From Scyliorhinus canicula (taxonomy: Eukaryota): a stretch of DNA of 64,000 nucleotides. Position numbers and translations under genes: made by a program. The stretch lies in the NCBI RefSeq assembly GCF_902713615.1, contig NC_052152.1, positions 51,807,810-51,871,809 of the forward strand, given 5' to 3'. Below the pieces are notes generated by a model. It was given only the letters and a program-made list of their open reading frames with translations, ran no database searches and had not been told where the DNA came from. Shown here in pieces: positions 1 through 13,261 of this stretch; position 1 is the stretch's first letter, and each line of letters starts with the position of its first letter.

Positions 1-445
1 ACCATAAACACTGTGGAAAAGAACAAAAATTATTTACCCCCCCGAGCTGCTTGAACCGCCATAGATCTGCCCCCACCATCTCCTCCATTAATGCCAACAG
101 CACCTTCACCATCTCCAAAGGGGCCAACGACTTTGGTTTAGAACGCTCAAGTCTCAGGCCTAACACACAATTTAAATCTCCCCCAAAATCAGCTGGCATG
201 TCCAGGTCCAGTATTGAGGCCAACAGCTTCCTTATAAATGCAACACCATCCCAATTTGGGGCATATATATTTGCCAGTATCACTAGCTTATCTGCCAGTG
301 GCCATCGCATACCTACCACCCTGATCCGCCACAATTTTGTCCACCCAAAAACTGATACATTTGTTAATTAAAATTGCCACTCCCCCACCCCCTGCCTCCC
401 AGGCCCTATTATTAAAGCCTAAATGAAATACTGAGCTCACCCATA

Positions 446-619
446 CATAGAACATAGAACAGTACAGCACAGAACAGGCCCTTCGGCCCTCGATGTTGTG
501 CCGAGCAATGATCACCCCACTTAAACCCACGTAACCTGTATACCCGTAACCCAACAATCGCCCCATTAACCTTACACTACGGGCAATTTAGCATGGCCAA
601 TCCACCTAACCCGCACATA
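446..619 (-). mobile_element. 5'-truncated V-SINE with CR1-type (CTATGTT)n tail, inserted in the L1
   Basis: CATAGAACATAGAACAGTACAGCACAGAACAGGCCCTTCGGCCC tail plus partial core GGGCAATTTAGCATGGCCAATCCACCTAACC. Confidence 0.8.
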
Positions 620-1198
620 CCTTCCGCAGCCTGCTCTGGTCCCTCACCCGCAAGTGGGTCTCCTGCAAAAGCACCACATCAGCCCTTAAATTCTTCAGGT
701 GCGAAAAAACACTTGACCTTTTCACCAGACCTCCTAAACCCCTTACATTCTAAGTGACAAGTCTAAACGGGGGCCTCTCACCCCAGAGTCAGCCATTTCT
801 ACTGCGAAGGAACATCTATGCCTTACGCCAAATACCTAGGCCCTTAGCCCACCTACGATGGCCACCAACCCCATCCATGAGGCGAGACAACGAAAAACCC
901 TGGTCACCATCAGATCTCTACCCCTCCACCCCTTCCCCCTTCCCCCAACCACGCCTCCCCATAAACCTGCCAATTGCCTACCAGAGAACAATATTCCCTC
1001 CTCACCAATCTCTCCCACTACAAAACAAGCTAAGCTCATTGAACCCGATCTAAACAGGTTCAACAAACCACAACCCCTCCCCCCACCTCACTCCCGTTCA
1101 TGAGCAAAAACTTTCATGCGAGTGAGGTAACCCCAGCCCAGGGTGTATACTCAAAGAACAAAGAAAAATAAAGTGTGATGAATGTTATCAGTAGCTGC

Positions 1199-1416
1199 TG
1201 TAACGGTACCTTACCTTTAATGCATTGGCCCTTTAAGACCGGGCTTGGAACCCTGGGGCCTCCGCCTCTGGCTCCGCCCCCAGGAAACGGGATATAAGAT
1301 GAGGCTCACTCGGCAGCATGTGATGAGCATACTTCTCGGCTGCTGTTCAGTTCTCAGATGATTAAAGCCTTTGGATTACCTATCTTCTCTCCTGTGTCGT
1401 AATTGAGGGTATCTCA
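1199..1416 (+). mobile_element. Short LTR-like insert
   Basis: TGTAAC...TCA termini, GATATAAG TATA-like and ATTAAA signals; no TSD found. Confidence 0.35.
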
Positions 1417-1879
1417 TAAAGCTTTGTAGCCCACCCCCGCTGCAAATGGGCAACAAAATCCAACACCCTTGCAATGCTTAACTTCCCACCAAAGGCTATG
1501 TATTTTCCAGACTGTTACCCTAACCATTAACCTCCTCAATTTACATTTTCAGGGTTTCCATCATCACTTTTCTTGCTTATCAAAGCGTTTCTTGAATTGC
1601 TTTACAAACTCTTGCACCAGCAGATCAGTCAGCGTTTCCACCGTAACAGGAGCAGCCACACCCGCGCCGGGGTGTCTCTTTTTACAATAACTAGCGTATC
1701 ATTATTTATTTACTTTTTAAAAAATCACCCCCCCATCTCACCGCCCACACCCCACCTTTCCTATTTTCTATCTCTTTAATTTTGAACAAAATCTACGTGG
1801 GAAAATATTAACCTAGATTTCTGTTTATTTTACTACTTTTATATTTTTTTCCAATATTTACAGTATCCCAATTGTTTGC

Positions 1880-2102
1880 CATTTTGTGAATTAAACAAAT
1901 GGAATTTTTTTTTCCAATTAAAGGGCAATTTAATGTGGCCAATCTACCTAACCTGCACATCTTTGGGTTGTGGGGGTGAAACCCACACAGACACGGGGAG
2001 AATGTGCAAAGTCCACACCGTCAGTGACCCGGGGCCGGAATCGAACCCGGGTAATCAGTGCCGCGAGGCAACAGTGCTAACCACTGCACCACTGTACCAC
2101 CC
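1880..2102 (-). mobile_element. V-SINE (HE1-like), short A/T-tailed subfamily
   Basis: tRNA-like head plus conserved V core (reverse of GTGTGGACTTTGCACATTCTCCCCGTGTCTGTGTGGG). Confidence 0.85.
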
Positions 2103-2704
2103 ATGTTTACATTTTTTAAGAGACAGAATTGACTTTCAACAATGATTTTGAAACAACCAGAACCTGGTGACATCCTGTGAGTTCCTGAATCGTAGAACTA
2201 GCAGGCAAAAGGATTCATGATCTTTGGCTTTGTAATCAGATATCAACGATAACGCACTACCATAGGCCAATCTGTATTCCTAATTGCATTGCCTGTTGGC
2301 TACTCACATTGCAATAGATTAAATACACTAATTATATCATCAAAGGAAAACTAAATAGAAGGGTTTTTTCAGTCCAAGAAAGACAATCTGTGCTGGGTAA
2401 AACAAGTTATTAGATGCTATCATTCAAATCCAGCTCGACCGAATCTGCTAGGAACAGAAAATAACAGAAATCCTACTTCATTTTTTTCGGCAAATCAGCT
2501 GGGCAAACGCTAAATCCAGTAGGTGATATTCTGGACAATTAATGAGAAATATATAGTAAGTGGTGAGGGGCTGATTTGAGGTGACAAAGGCAGGTTATTG
2601 CACAAGAAGATGAATGTACATTTTAAGAAGGAAAATGGCTCCAATTTACAAAAACCTAGCCACGGCATTCAGTGATGCCCTGAAACAAATCCGGTGATCG
2701 GGAT

Positions 2705-2705
<1 letters not shown>

Positions 2706-2737
<32 letters not shown>

Positions 2738-2786
2738 GCTTATTGTCACAAGTAGGCTTCAATGAAGTTACTGTGAAAAGCCCCTA
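2706..2786 (-). repeat. (AAT)n microsatellite attached to an isolated retroposon 3' tail
   Basis: About 10 AAT units followed by GGCTTATTGTCACAAGTAGGCTTCAATGAAGTTACTGTGAAAAGCCCC; the same tail occurs near 14075, 24010, 26034, 34920, 39010 and 53280. Confidence 0.8.
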
Positions 2787-2893
2787 ATGTGTGATTAATC
2801 TCTGTCCTTTGCTTCTGATGCAGGCAGCAAGCAAACTTTGTACTGCCTGCTCATTACCATTATTGTAGTACAGCCTGCGCCAAGCAAATTCTT

Positions 2894-3118
2894 TTTTTTA
2901 ATAAATTTAGATTACCCAATTATTTTTTCAAATTAAGGGGCAATTTAGCATGGCCAATCCACCTACTCTGCACATTTTTGGGTTGTGGGGGCGAAACCCA
3001 CGCAGACACGGGGAGAATATGCAAATTCCACACGGACAGTGACCCAGAACCGGGATCGAACCTGGGATCTCAGCACCGTGAGGCGGTTGTGCTAACCACT
3101 AGGCCACCGTGCTGCCCT
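2894..3118 (-). mobile_element. V-SINE, short A/T-tailed subfamily, with 16-bp TSD
   Basis: TSD CGCCAAGCAAATTCTT at 2878-2893 and 3119-3134. Confidence 0.93.
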
Positions 3119-3169
3119 CGCCAAGCAAATTCTTAAGGGGCTGCAGGCCTGAGGAGGCTGTGCAAATTC

Positions 3170-3393
3170 ATTTTTAAAAAAAATTTGGAGTATCCAATTC
3201 TTTTTTTCTAATTAAGGTCAATTTAGCGTGGCCAATCTACCTAACCTGCACATCTTTGGATTGTGGGGTGAGACCCATGCAAACACAGGGAGAATGTGCA
3301 AACCCCACACAGATGGTGACCCGGGGCTGGGATCGAACCCGTGTCCTCAGCACCGTGAGACAGCAGTGTTAACCACTGCACCACCGTGCCACC
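3170..3393 (-). mobile_element. V-SINE, short A/T-tailed subfamily
   Basis: Same head, core and tail as 2894-3118. Confidence 0.85.
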
Positions 3394-3978
3394 CTGGATG
3401 CGCAAATTCACGAGAGACTGGCGTTGCTTGATAAATGCCTGCACGACTTAAAGGCAGTCTGCCCCTCTTAAAGGGAAATTGTGTTCTAATTGTAGCAGGT
3501 TCTGGAAGTGGCTAGAAAAACATGTGTGAGCTGGAAAAGTAAAAAAAAAGGTACAAGGTAGATAGTGATTTTTTTGACACAGCATGGAGGCCTTAGTGCA
3601 GAAAATGGAAAGAAGGAGAGAGGTCCACTATCCATAGGAGATCAGATGATCCTCCAGACCAATATTGCAATGGTAATGGGAGCAGATAACTGTTGAGGTC
3701 AATGTCAGCAATGTAGTTCAGGATGCAGTGCCACATGAAGTTCAATGACCTTACCTGAGTCGTCAAGGTCAGCGAATGCTCCTTCAAATGCCAAATCTCT
3801 ATGAATGAATCACTAGCATCAGAAACCGCTCCATTCACCACATCCCCTTCCTTCATCTAGCCATTATTCTGACCTCGCATTTAAAGCTTCACCTCACCCT
3901 CACACATTTAGCGCTGCTGCGAGCTATTCAACCATGACAGTCAAATCACCGAAATACATCACACCGCACTGACTGATA

Positions 3979-4150
3979 CATTTCCCTCTCTCTTACAGGA
4001 CATTTCCCTCTCTCCTACAGGACAAGGTGATGCACAACTGCAGGCAGCAGCACCTAACCAGCAGGGACAGGTATAGCTGTCCTCACCCTCAAAGAGGAGA
4101 GACTCTATTCACCATTATTGGCAAGGCCGTGACTGTAACCAAAGGCAGCA
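3979..4150 (+). pseudogene. Remnant of a Harbinger Myb/SANT gene exon with a tandemly duplicated splice acceptor
   Basis: 22-bp tandem pair ACATTTCCCTCTCTC(T/C)TACAGG, then DKVMHNCRQQHLT, resembling EKVAHNRRELEKT at 24209-24355. Confidence 0.45.
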
Positions 4151-4169
4151 TTGTGTTCATACCTAATTA

Positions 4170-4875
4170 GAATCATAGCGGTCTACAGCACTGAAAAGGC
4201 CCTTCGGCCCATCGTGTTTGCGCCGGTCAAAAGCAGCCACCTAACTACGGTAATCCCATTTCCCAACACTTGGCCCATAGCCTTGTATGCCATGGGATCG
4301 CAAGTGCACATTTAAATATTTCTTCAATGTTATGAGGGTCTCTGCTTCCATCTTCCTTTCAGCCAGGGAGTCCCAGACTCCCACCACCCTTTGGATAAAA
4401 AGATTTACCTCACATCCCCTCTAACCCTCCTGCCTCTTACCTTAAGTCTATGCCCCTTGATCATTGATCCTTCCACCAAGGGGAAAAGCTTCTTCCTGTA
4501 TACTCTATCTATGCCCCTCATAATTTTATACATCTCAATCATGTCTCCCCTCAGTCTACTCTGTTCCAAGGAAAATAACTCCAGGCTATCCAATCTCTCA
4601 ATAGCTAAAATTCTCCAGCCCAGACAATGTCCTGGTAAATCCCCTATGCACCCTTTCAAGTGCTATCACATCCCTCCTATAACGTGGATTCCTGAACTGC
4701 GCACAATACTCTACCTGTGGCCTAACCAATGTTTTATACAATATATAACCTCCCTGCTCTTAAACTCAATGCCTCGGCTAAGAAAGGCAAGCATAGCGTC
4801 TGCCTCCTTAACTCCTGTATTCACCTGCTCTGCTACCTTAAGTGACCAGTGTAGATCCACACCAAGGTCTCTCTG
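4170..4875 (-). mobile_element. CR1 LINE 3' fragment
   Basis: ERLDSLELFSLEQSRLRGDMIEMYKIMRGIDRV is the typical CR1 ORF2 C-terminus, followed by a GGCCGAAGGGCC...CTATGATTCT tail. Confidence 0.9.
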
Positions 4876-5507
4876 ATTGTCTTTGCTTCCCAGGGTTCTG
4901 CCTCACCCTAATCCTAACCCTAATTCTCCTTCTCAAATCCCTCTTCCCCTTTATCCCTCAATCACTTCAGCAGGTCGCACAACGGGGGGAAATACAACAG
5001 GGAAGCAGTACTCAATGGACTCCATTCCTGCTTGGATTTGAAATATTAAGCTTATAACTTATTAACTGGATCCCAGCGCACCCACAAGATTTAATTGTCC
5101 AAACTCCAAATGGACTGGAAGGCTTCATTGTTTCTTGGGGTGTTTTTCCTAAATCTCATTGCTTCACTCCCCTAAAGGTTACAGTTTTACAGCAGATCTA
5201 ATATGCTTCAATTTATTGTAAACTAAAGCTTGATTACAGTATGATGCAACACAAGAATGAGGCCATTTAGCCCTTCGTGCCAAAATTGACAAAATTGTGA
5301 AAAAATAAGCAACAATTTGATCCGGCAGAGCAGCGAGTGGCATCCACCATTGGTTAGACTTGTAGTGCCCATTAAACAGCAATGGTATTTTGCACTGCTA
5401 GTTGGGGGAATTAGGAACTGATAATATCTGAAACCTAAGTGAACAGGGTAAGCAATTGCACATCTTGTTAACCCATCAGATTGAATGGTTATTAAATTAA
5501 TAAAGCA

Positions 5508-5818
5508 CGGGGATCGATCCAACGGCCATGCTGCACCAGAAGTGGTGGCGCGACCAGGCTAGAGGAGAGCGGTCGGGGATTATTTCGGGGGCTTCGGAGA
5601 TCAGGACCCCATTTTTAAAGATCTGGCGAGTGGATCTCCCCACTGTACAAAACGGGGCTATGTTCAGCTGAGGCTGCACATTCCCCGTTCAGGCCCCTTA
5701 TACAATGCGAGTCGTGTTGAATAACCATGTGTTTCTTCGAGGCACTGCGACGCTCGGAAACACGCGGCTAAACAAGCTCACAAGGGGACTTTGTTCTCTT
5801 TTGGCCGAATCGTGCCCG
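5508..5818. mobile_element. Probable Harbinger-type MITE
   Basis: GC/CpG-rich island ending AATCGTGCCC like other MITE termini; the left TIR is degenerate. Confidence 0.4.
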
Positions 5819-6202
5819 AGAGCAAAACGTAAATTAACAGTGGATAAATTCAATCCCACACTAAATAAGGAAAGAGAAATAAAAGAGAGAGAGGAGAAAT
5901 AGGCAGAAAAGACAAGCAAAAACATATTTAATTTAAAAAGTTGCATATTTAAAATCTCAAATAACAGTTAAAACCTGAAAGAATGAGATTACATGCTTGT
6001 AATAGTTTAATTTTTAGTGCCAAAGAGGTTGATTGGATATTATCAAGACTTATCACATTGCTAAAGAGATACATAAACTTATATGGATAACATTTAACTT
6101 TCTTTAATTTGTGTGTATCGTGCATGTACAGTAATTTCAAGTCATTTACACATTTGAATGGTGAGGCTGACAGTGAGATGCTGGGATGGATTCGCCATTG
6201 CT

Positions 6203-6572
6203 TGTTGTGTTATGTAATTTGGAAGAACACAAGCTGCCACTTGATGCAGTTTTGAGTAAAAGATGCTCCAGACTTTGAAGTGAGTTCAGTGTGTTTTATT
6301 GAACTATTAGCACAGTTCTCAATGAGTTTGACTCTGCTAATCTAAATGTAGTAACTCAGTCTAACTGAACCAGCCTTGCTCTAAGCCACGTGCTGGGATG
6401 TGATGCTGAGGATACACCCTGTCTCACTCTGTAGATGTTGGTCTGTGGAAAGAGGTGGGGTGTGAGTGCCTCATCCTTTTGAAAGTGAGATTCCACCCCT
6501 GAGTGTCCTGACTGCTCTTTGGTCATGTCCTATTCTACGTGTTCAATGGCTGCATGTTTGCATATCATGACA
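6203..6572 (-). mobile_element. Solo LTR (370 bp)
   Basis: TG...CA termini; minus strand begins TGTCATGATATGCA; 5-bp TSD TTGCT/TTGCC (one mismatch). Confidence 0.75.
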
Positions 6573-6848
6573 TTGCCCAACGCCGGTATTGAGATTTCTG
6601 ATTGGGCGGAAAATGGAGTGTCGAGGGAAAAACAGGTTTGGCACCACGGCTATGCTATAATCCCCTGCAGGCACGGGCGAGTAAGGCACTGAGGCCGCCA
6701 GCGGGGGACTTCTGCTTTGAAAAAGAGAAAGTGAAACCACTTAGCTGCTTTTGATGTAGCGAGGAGCTGTCAATCATAGCAAGAGTTTCTAAACATTGTG
6801 GTTAGCATCAAAACAGGGTACTTGAGATGCATTCAACCATGAAGGAAA

Positions 6849-7706
6849 GATAAAGAACCAACCAAGTACCTGTCTCTGGCGTAATAAAACTGTTAATCAC
6901 TGGCTAATGCAATGCATTGCTCTGTGAAAGTGAATGGAAGATTTGCATTTCAAAGGTTGTCAAGGAATTTGAAGCCTTTGAAGTGTACTTAGCTTTTGAG
7001 GAAGCCTCTGACACTTCTAACAGCTGCTGCTTTAACCACTTTTGTCTGAGGAAATAGATGTTAGCGAAGGTAAGTAAAAATGCAGTGATATTTCACTACT
7101 GCCAGGACTGTTCTTCAGCTTTCAGGCAGAGATGACTGATGGGGTTCTCTGATGGGCAGCTCTGTTGGGGATTTCTGATGGGAGTCTCTGTTACATGGTC
7201 TGATGGGAGGGTCAGGTCACTCTCATGCAGGGTGCTGTGGGAGGGGCGGGATGCGTTCGGTATTCCTGTGCTGGAGGGTTGATGCCTCTACTTTTCCACG
7301 AGGGACAGGCTTTGCGTTATGTGGTGGAAGGGGAGGTCCCACCACTGGAACCTGGTATTGGGCCACCCCTCAAAAGGGCAGCCCGATACCAGGGTTCCGA
7401 CAGAATCCAGCGAGCTCTCCCCACGCATAAATTAACATGGTAACGTGAGTGACTCGGATATCAGGACCAACTTCAAACACCAGTCGAGACCAGTGACGAT
7501 TTTCCGCTGGAGGGAGCACTTGGGCTCCAGAACACTGCTTTTATTCTGGAGCCCAACAGTGGATAAAGAACCAACCATGTACCTATCTCTGGCGTAATAA
7601 AACTGTCAATCATTGGCTAATGCATTGCATTGCTATGTGAAAATGAATGGAAGATTTGCATTTCAAAGGTTGTCAAGGAATTTGAAGCCTTTGAAGTGTA
7701 CTCAGC
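6849..7706 (+). repeat. Direct repeat pair of 145 bp (6849-6993 and 7562-7706)
   Basis: GATAAAGAACCAACCA...GAAGTGTACT(T/C)AGC present twice, about 8 substitutions by eye, 568-bp spacer. Confidence 0.92.
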
Positions 7707-7720
7707 ACAACTGAGACAGC

Positions 7721-9776
7721 GGGCACGATCTACCACCTGCGTCATGCCCTAACGGACCACGGCATGGTCGGTAGGTGCCAGGTGAAACTTCCCATGGGCT
7801 TCCCAGCAACCAATATGCATCGCGAGATCTACGGAGATCTCCCGAGGTGGTGGGATCAGGATCCCACCCACAATGGACATGACCAGGCTTCACATGGTTA
7901 AGTAAGTTTCAAATTCACTTGGGCATGCTCATCTGGGATTTATGGTCTTCCAGCATCTACCGGCCTCCCAGGGAGTCCCCAGCCAGGTGCCATTTACTCC
8001 TGTACCACACAAACGTGGACCAGGTGGAACGGCACCTGGGTAGTCTCCTGGGCCATCGGAGGCCCCTGGATGGTCAAGGACAGCACAAGGTGGCCCTCGG
8101 CCTTCCCCCTGGAATGCGGGCTCCTTGGCACTACCAATCTGCCACTTTGGCACTGCTACCCTGGCACCGTCAAGGTGCCCAGATGGTACTGCAAAGCTGA
8201 CAGCAGTACTGCCAGGGTACCCCTGCCAGGGTGCCGAGGTGGCCTGACCAAGGGGCAGGGCTTGAGTGGGGCCATGCCCATGAAAGGAAGTTGGAGGGGG
8301 GTGTATGAAGGGTGGGAGGAATGCAGGGTGGGTGTGAAGGAGCCTCTGGAAGGTTGCGGGTTGAAGGGTGGGGGTCCTGGAAGAGGGGCCCAAAAGGGGA
8401 CGTGGGAAGGTCTAAAAAGTGGGGGCCCTCAGTGACCCCATGGCGGGGTGTCAACACTTACAGGGGAGCGGGATAATGGCCATGTGTGTGGCAGATGACA
8501 TTGCCCATGGGTGGGGGGAGGGGGGGCGCGTGTCGGACCCACAAGCCGTCTTAGAGTTTTGGGCACCTTTCAAAATGCTAGCCCAATCGCTGAGGAGCCA
8601 GTCTGGCCAGTGAATTCATCTCCCCAGTCATGAATATAATTCTAAGTGTGGGCTCGACCGGGGAGAAACTCCTCAGGGCCCCAAAAAGTGATTTAACCAC
8701 TGTGTTGCGCTTGAGCGAGGGCCTGACGCAGCCATTAGATCGTGGGAGAGGCCACAATCGAGAAATGTGGCGGGTGCTGATCGGTTTGCTATCTAACCGG
8801 CCCATCTCCGAACGCAAGAACCAAATCCCACCGCAGTGTGGCGAGAAACCAATCACTAATTGAACCCAATCTCCATTAACGGCCTCCCGTGACCTAACCG
8901 CCTCCCCAGCAAATAGTCATTTGGGCGCCAAATAGTACACCTTTTCTAAAAACATGAAGCTGGCGGAATGGCTGCCACGGGGATCCGAGGAGGTGAGTAG
9001 TTCTCTCGAACCTGGGAGCACTGGGGCATTGCCAGGAGGCTGATGCCAACTCACCTCTGTAGCCGAGTGGGAGGCCTTTGATCTTCTTACGGCAATGGGT
9101 GCTGATCTTCTTGGTAACGCTCCCCTCCCTGGAGACACAGGCTGTCCTGTGGCTGACCTTCCAAGCCCCTCGGAGGAACAGGGCATCCTGTCGGGACTCA
9201 AGGGCGTCCAACATTCTGGCCAGGTTGGCATCCCCAAGTCATGAAGCTGGTCTCCTCAGTGGCATGGCTGCTTGCTGTGTGGGGTTTGTTCTGTGAGATC
9301 AGTTTTAGTGCAGCTTCCTCTTGTTGGTAGAGAGCCGGCCCGATACCAGGATCCGACAGAATCCAGAGAGACCATAATTTGCGGCGTGAAGCCCAGGGGC
9401 CTTGTTAAGTGCACAGCGTTTGATACCACTGACGGCCTCACGGCAGTTCCCGCTTGCTACCACACCTAACTCGCCGGCGTCAAACTCTCAGCAAAACCTG
9501 CCACAAATGGCACTTAAAGACAGAACAGTGGCACAGTGGTTAGCATTGCTCCCTCACGGCACCGAGGTCCCAGGTTCGATCCTGGTTCTGGGTCACTGTC
9601 CGTGTGGAGTTTGCACATTCTCCCCGTGTTTGCGTGGGTTTCGTCCCCACAACCCAAAGATGTGCAGGTTAGGTGGGTTGGCTACGCTGAATTGCCCCTT
9701 AATTGGAAAAAATGAATTGGGTACTCTAAATTTTTTTTTAAATGACACCGAGAAAACTTTCTGTGAGATCGCGCCC
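7721..9776. mobile_element. Non-autonomous Harbinger-type element (2.06 kb)
   Basis: TIRs GGGCACGATCT / AGATCGCGCCC; perfect 3-bp TSD AGC (7718-20, 9777-79); GC-rich interior with a nested SINE. Confidence 0.8.
9520..9741 (+). mobile_element. V-SINE, short-tailed, nested in the Harbinger element
   Basis: tRNA-like head GTGGCACAGTGGTTAGC...GGTTCGATCC, V core, tail AATTGGAAAAAATGAATTGGGTACTCTAAATTT. Confidence 0.88.
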
Positions 9777-11523
9777 AGCAACTTTTGGACTTCCACTTTA
9801 AACTAACGTCTACCATTTTTGGAAGCTGCCATAAGTATTTGCATATAACACTGCTATCCTCAACATTATTCTGACAGCAAACTGTGGCTCTTTAAGACAT
9901 GCTAGAAGTATTTAAAAAATTTATCAATCAGGTTGTCAGTAATGGGATGCACCTCAAGCAGGCACCAATAAATATCTGGGAGAGAAGTAAAATTAGACCG
10001 TCAGGTTGTTATTGAGGTGATGTTTGTCAATCATTTGAACTGCTTTGAACATTTCTCGGGCTCCAGGGCAGTGAAAGAGGAAATCAATATGACAATTAAT
10101 GTTGCTCAGTTTTTGCACAGAAGTGATAAATTCTAATGCCGCCTTCCAAGCTGCATTGGAATGAACTCATTCTTTATCCTCACAACACTGCCCTTTTCTT
10201 TAACTCAGGGCAGGTAATCCAAAGAGGACACACGATTAACCTGCCAGGATTGCATTTACAGACCTGATTTGCAATAAAATACTAGAATTAGTAGAAATGT
10301 GTTTGATTTCCCAGTGGTGAATTGTTGAGGGTTCCTGCATGTCAATGTGGTAATCCTGTAGCAACCCAGTTCAGGGACACATCTACTCATCTGTCAATCG
10401 CCATACCTGAGAAGATGTTTAGTGGGGGATTGTCTACAGACTTCCCCTGCATTTGGTCGCTGACCAAATTCTGGCAAAAAACACAACAATCCAATGGTAG
10501 TGGAAAATTGAGATAATTGAAGTGACATTAAGCACTGAAAAGCTGTAACTGGAAATGTTAATTCAGTGAAATTAATCATTTAGACTTAAGAGTTTATGTT
10601 GCAACTGAAAGTTTAACAAAAGAGATGCCACATGGCAATCTGAAAGGCTGAACAATGCAGAAATCTGGAACTGGAATTATATGTCGACACATATAATTCA
10701 GGTCATTAAATGACACTGGCAGAAATCACATTCTGAGATTATAATTATAGTCAGGAGTCAAGTGCATCAGCAGCTTAGTTTATTTCACCCACTCCCCCAG
10801 AAAATCCATCGATCAGCAATGCCATGGAAGGGCAATTAAGAACTTGCAGATTTATCTTACTCTTTAGTATTCACATTGGTCTTTGGGAAGCAGGTGAACG
10901 TAAAATACATATCATAAAATACTGTGAATGCTGGAAATCGGAAATAAAAAAGGTCCCTGGCAGCTGCCAGAACTGTTGAGTTTATCCAGCAATTTCTGTT
11001 TTTATTATTATGCATGCTCATTCTGCCGGGGACCTTTCAACATGCAAGAAGTATGCATCAAGTCTCAGTGCCCGCCCCAATAGCATTCCACTTTGTGTCA
11101 GACCATTCTCTGGCTACCTTGTGCTTCAGTCTCCAAGCCCAAAGTGCTCGCCTTTCCAGGTTATTCCTACCCCGTCCCTTGCCTACTAGTGTTAATCCCA
11201 CTGCCCACTCTTTTGCACTCCACACCGACCTGACACTACACTCCTTGGTTTATCTGCAAAATACTGGCAACCATGGAAAGAAAGGAAAATTATTTCATAA
11301 AAATAATGCAAATAAAATGTTTTCTTTTAATATACATTTAGCAAAAATAGGTTTGCATAGGAACTGCTTCCGTTTCTTCATGGGGAAATATTCGTGCCAG
11401 TTTCCAGCTACTGTCACTCAATATTTACTTCACAAAATCCAATCCCTATTATAAGCTCCTTTCTAGATCTTGTTTCCAGTTTCTATGCACTCTCAGCAGA
11501 TTCATTATAGTTTGGATGCACAT

Positions 11524-11851
11524 TGTGGTGTTCTTTGTGATTCTTGTTCTCAGGATTGATGTAGTTTTCACAAAGACCACAGAAGCTAAGTTCATAAAGA
11601 AAGCTAACATTTATTTAAACTACTTAAATTAAGATTGACCACTTACTCCTAAAGTAAACAATAATCTAATCTACAATCTATACTCAACTACACTAATCTC
11701 AACAATCTACCTAATACTGTGCTGAACTATCTATCACTGCTCTCTCTAGCTCTCCTCTCCAGCTCTCTCCCAGAGGTCTGTGAGTCACTGCTTTATATAG
11801 TCCTGCATTCAGTGGTTAAATATATGACATTAACCCTTTATCATCTGTACA
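11524..11851 (-). mobile_element. LTR-like element
   Basis: TG...CA ends; minus-strand TATATAAAG and AATAAA; shares AAGGGTTAATGT with the LTR at 13262; no TSD. Confidence 0.45.
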
Positions 11852-11872
11852 TTTCTTGGAATGTCACACACA

Positions 11873-12565
11873 TGGACATAGAATCATAGAATTTACAGTG
11901 CAGAAGGAGGCCATTTGGCCCATCGAGTCTGCACCTGCTCTTGGAAAGAGCATCCCACTTAAGCCCACACTTCCAACCTATCCCCATAAACCCAGTAACC
12001 CCACCTAACTCATTTGGACATCAAGGGCAGTTTAGCACAGCCAATCCACCTAACCTGCACATCTTTGGACTGTGGGAGGAAACCGGAGCACCCGGAGGAA
12101 ACTCACACAGACACGGCGAAAATGTGCAGACTCCGCACAGACAGTGACCCAAGCCGTGAATCAAACCTGGGACCCTGGAGATGTGAAGCAACTGTGCCAA
12201 CCACAATGCTACCATAGAACATAGAACATAGAACAGTACAGCACAGAACAGGCCCTTCGGCCCTCAATGTTGTGCCGAGCCATGATCACCCTACTCAAAC
12301 CCACGTATCCACCCTATACCCGTAACCCAACAACCCCCCCCCCCTTAACCTTACTTTTATTAGGACACTACGGGCAATTTAGCATGGCCAATCCACCTAA
12401 CCCGCACATCTTTGGACTGTGGGAGGCAACCGGAGCACCCGGTGGAAACCCACGCACACAGGGGGAGGACGTGCAGACTCCACACAGACAGTGACCCAGC
12501 CGGGAATCGAACCTGGGACCCTGGAGCTGTGAAGCATTTATGCTAACCACCATGCTACCATGCTG
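11873..12565 (-). mobile_element. Two adjacent full-length V-SINEs with CR1-type tails (about 11873-12215 and 12216-12565)
   Basis: Each has head, long V core (CCTCCGGGTGCTCCGGTTTCCTCCCACAGTCCAAAG-like) and a CATAGAA-repeat tail. Confidence 0.88.
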
Positions 12566-12679
12566 CAGCTCAAGCTCTGCCCATGAATCGCATAACACCA
12601 CCGCCCCTCCACCCCCCCCTTCCACCCCCCCCCCACCCCCCACCCCCGATTCTGTCTCCTTTCAAAGCACATATGCAGG

Positions 12680-13140
12680 GGGATGAGAATGGTTACAGGG
12701 ATGAGGAACTTGAGTTATGTGGATAGATCAGGGAATCTGGGATTGTTCCCCTTGGAGTCGAGACATTTAAGGGGAGATATGATTGGAGCATTCAAATCAT
12801 GAGGGGTCAGGATTTAGTCGAAAGGGAGAAGCTGCTCCACTTGGCAGAAGGATCTAGAACTAGAAGTCTCACCAAATTAAGATGATTGTAGAAAGAAGTA
12901 ATGGCAATATAAGGAAACCCATTTTTATGCAGTGAGTGGTTGGAATCTGAAATGCACTGCTTCGGATTATGGTGGAAGCAGATTCAATCGCAACTTTCAA
13001 AAGAGAGTTGAGCAATTATCTGAAGAGAAAAAAGTCCAGGACCAAAAGGGAAGGGCAGGAGACAAGGAATAGGCGAGCTAGCCCCGAGAGGACACTCTGA
13101 ATGGCCTCCCTCTGTGTTGTAACCACTCTTTGATTCTAAG
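12680..13140 (+). mobile_element. CR1 LINE 3' fragment
   Basis: CR1 ORF2 C-terminus-like sequence ending ...GAATGGCCTCCCTCTGTGTTGTAACCACTCTTTGATTCT. Confidence 0.75.
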
Positions 13141-13261
13141 ATCAGTTATACGTCAGTTTGAAGGCTGCAGAAAGACAGGCTGATGTCCATCTGTAGCGGT
13201 TCAATTAATTTCTCCAATGATTAGCTGCGCCATACGTAACAGGAAGACCCCAGGCTGAATC

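Larger units (their letters stand above)
1..1760 (-). mobile_element. Degraded L1-clade LINE (ORF2 endonuclease N-terminus and upstream region), interrupted by younger inserts
   Basis: Minus-strand 660-752 reads roughly *NVRGLGGLVKRSSVFSHLKNLRADVVLLQE, typical of an APE endonuclease N-terminus; contains stops and frameshifts. The upstream extent is approximate. Confidence 0.7.

Noticed and set aside
3593-3856. 87-aa ORF as transposase
   Set aside because: No catalytic motif could be recognised; at most decayed repeat sequence.
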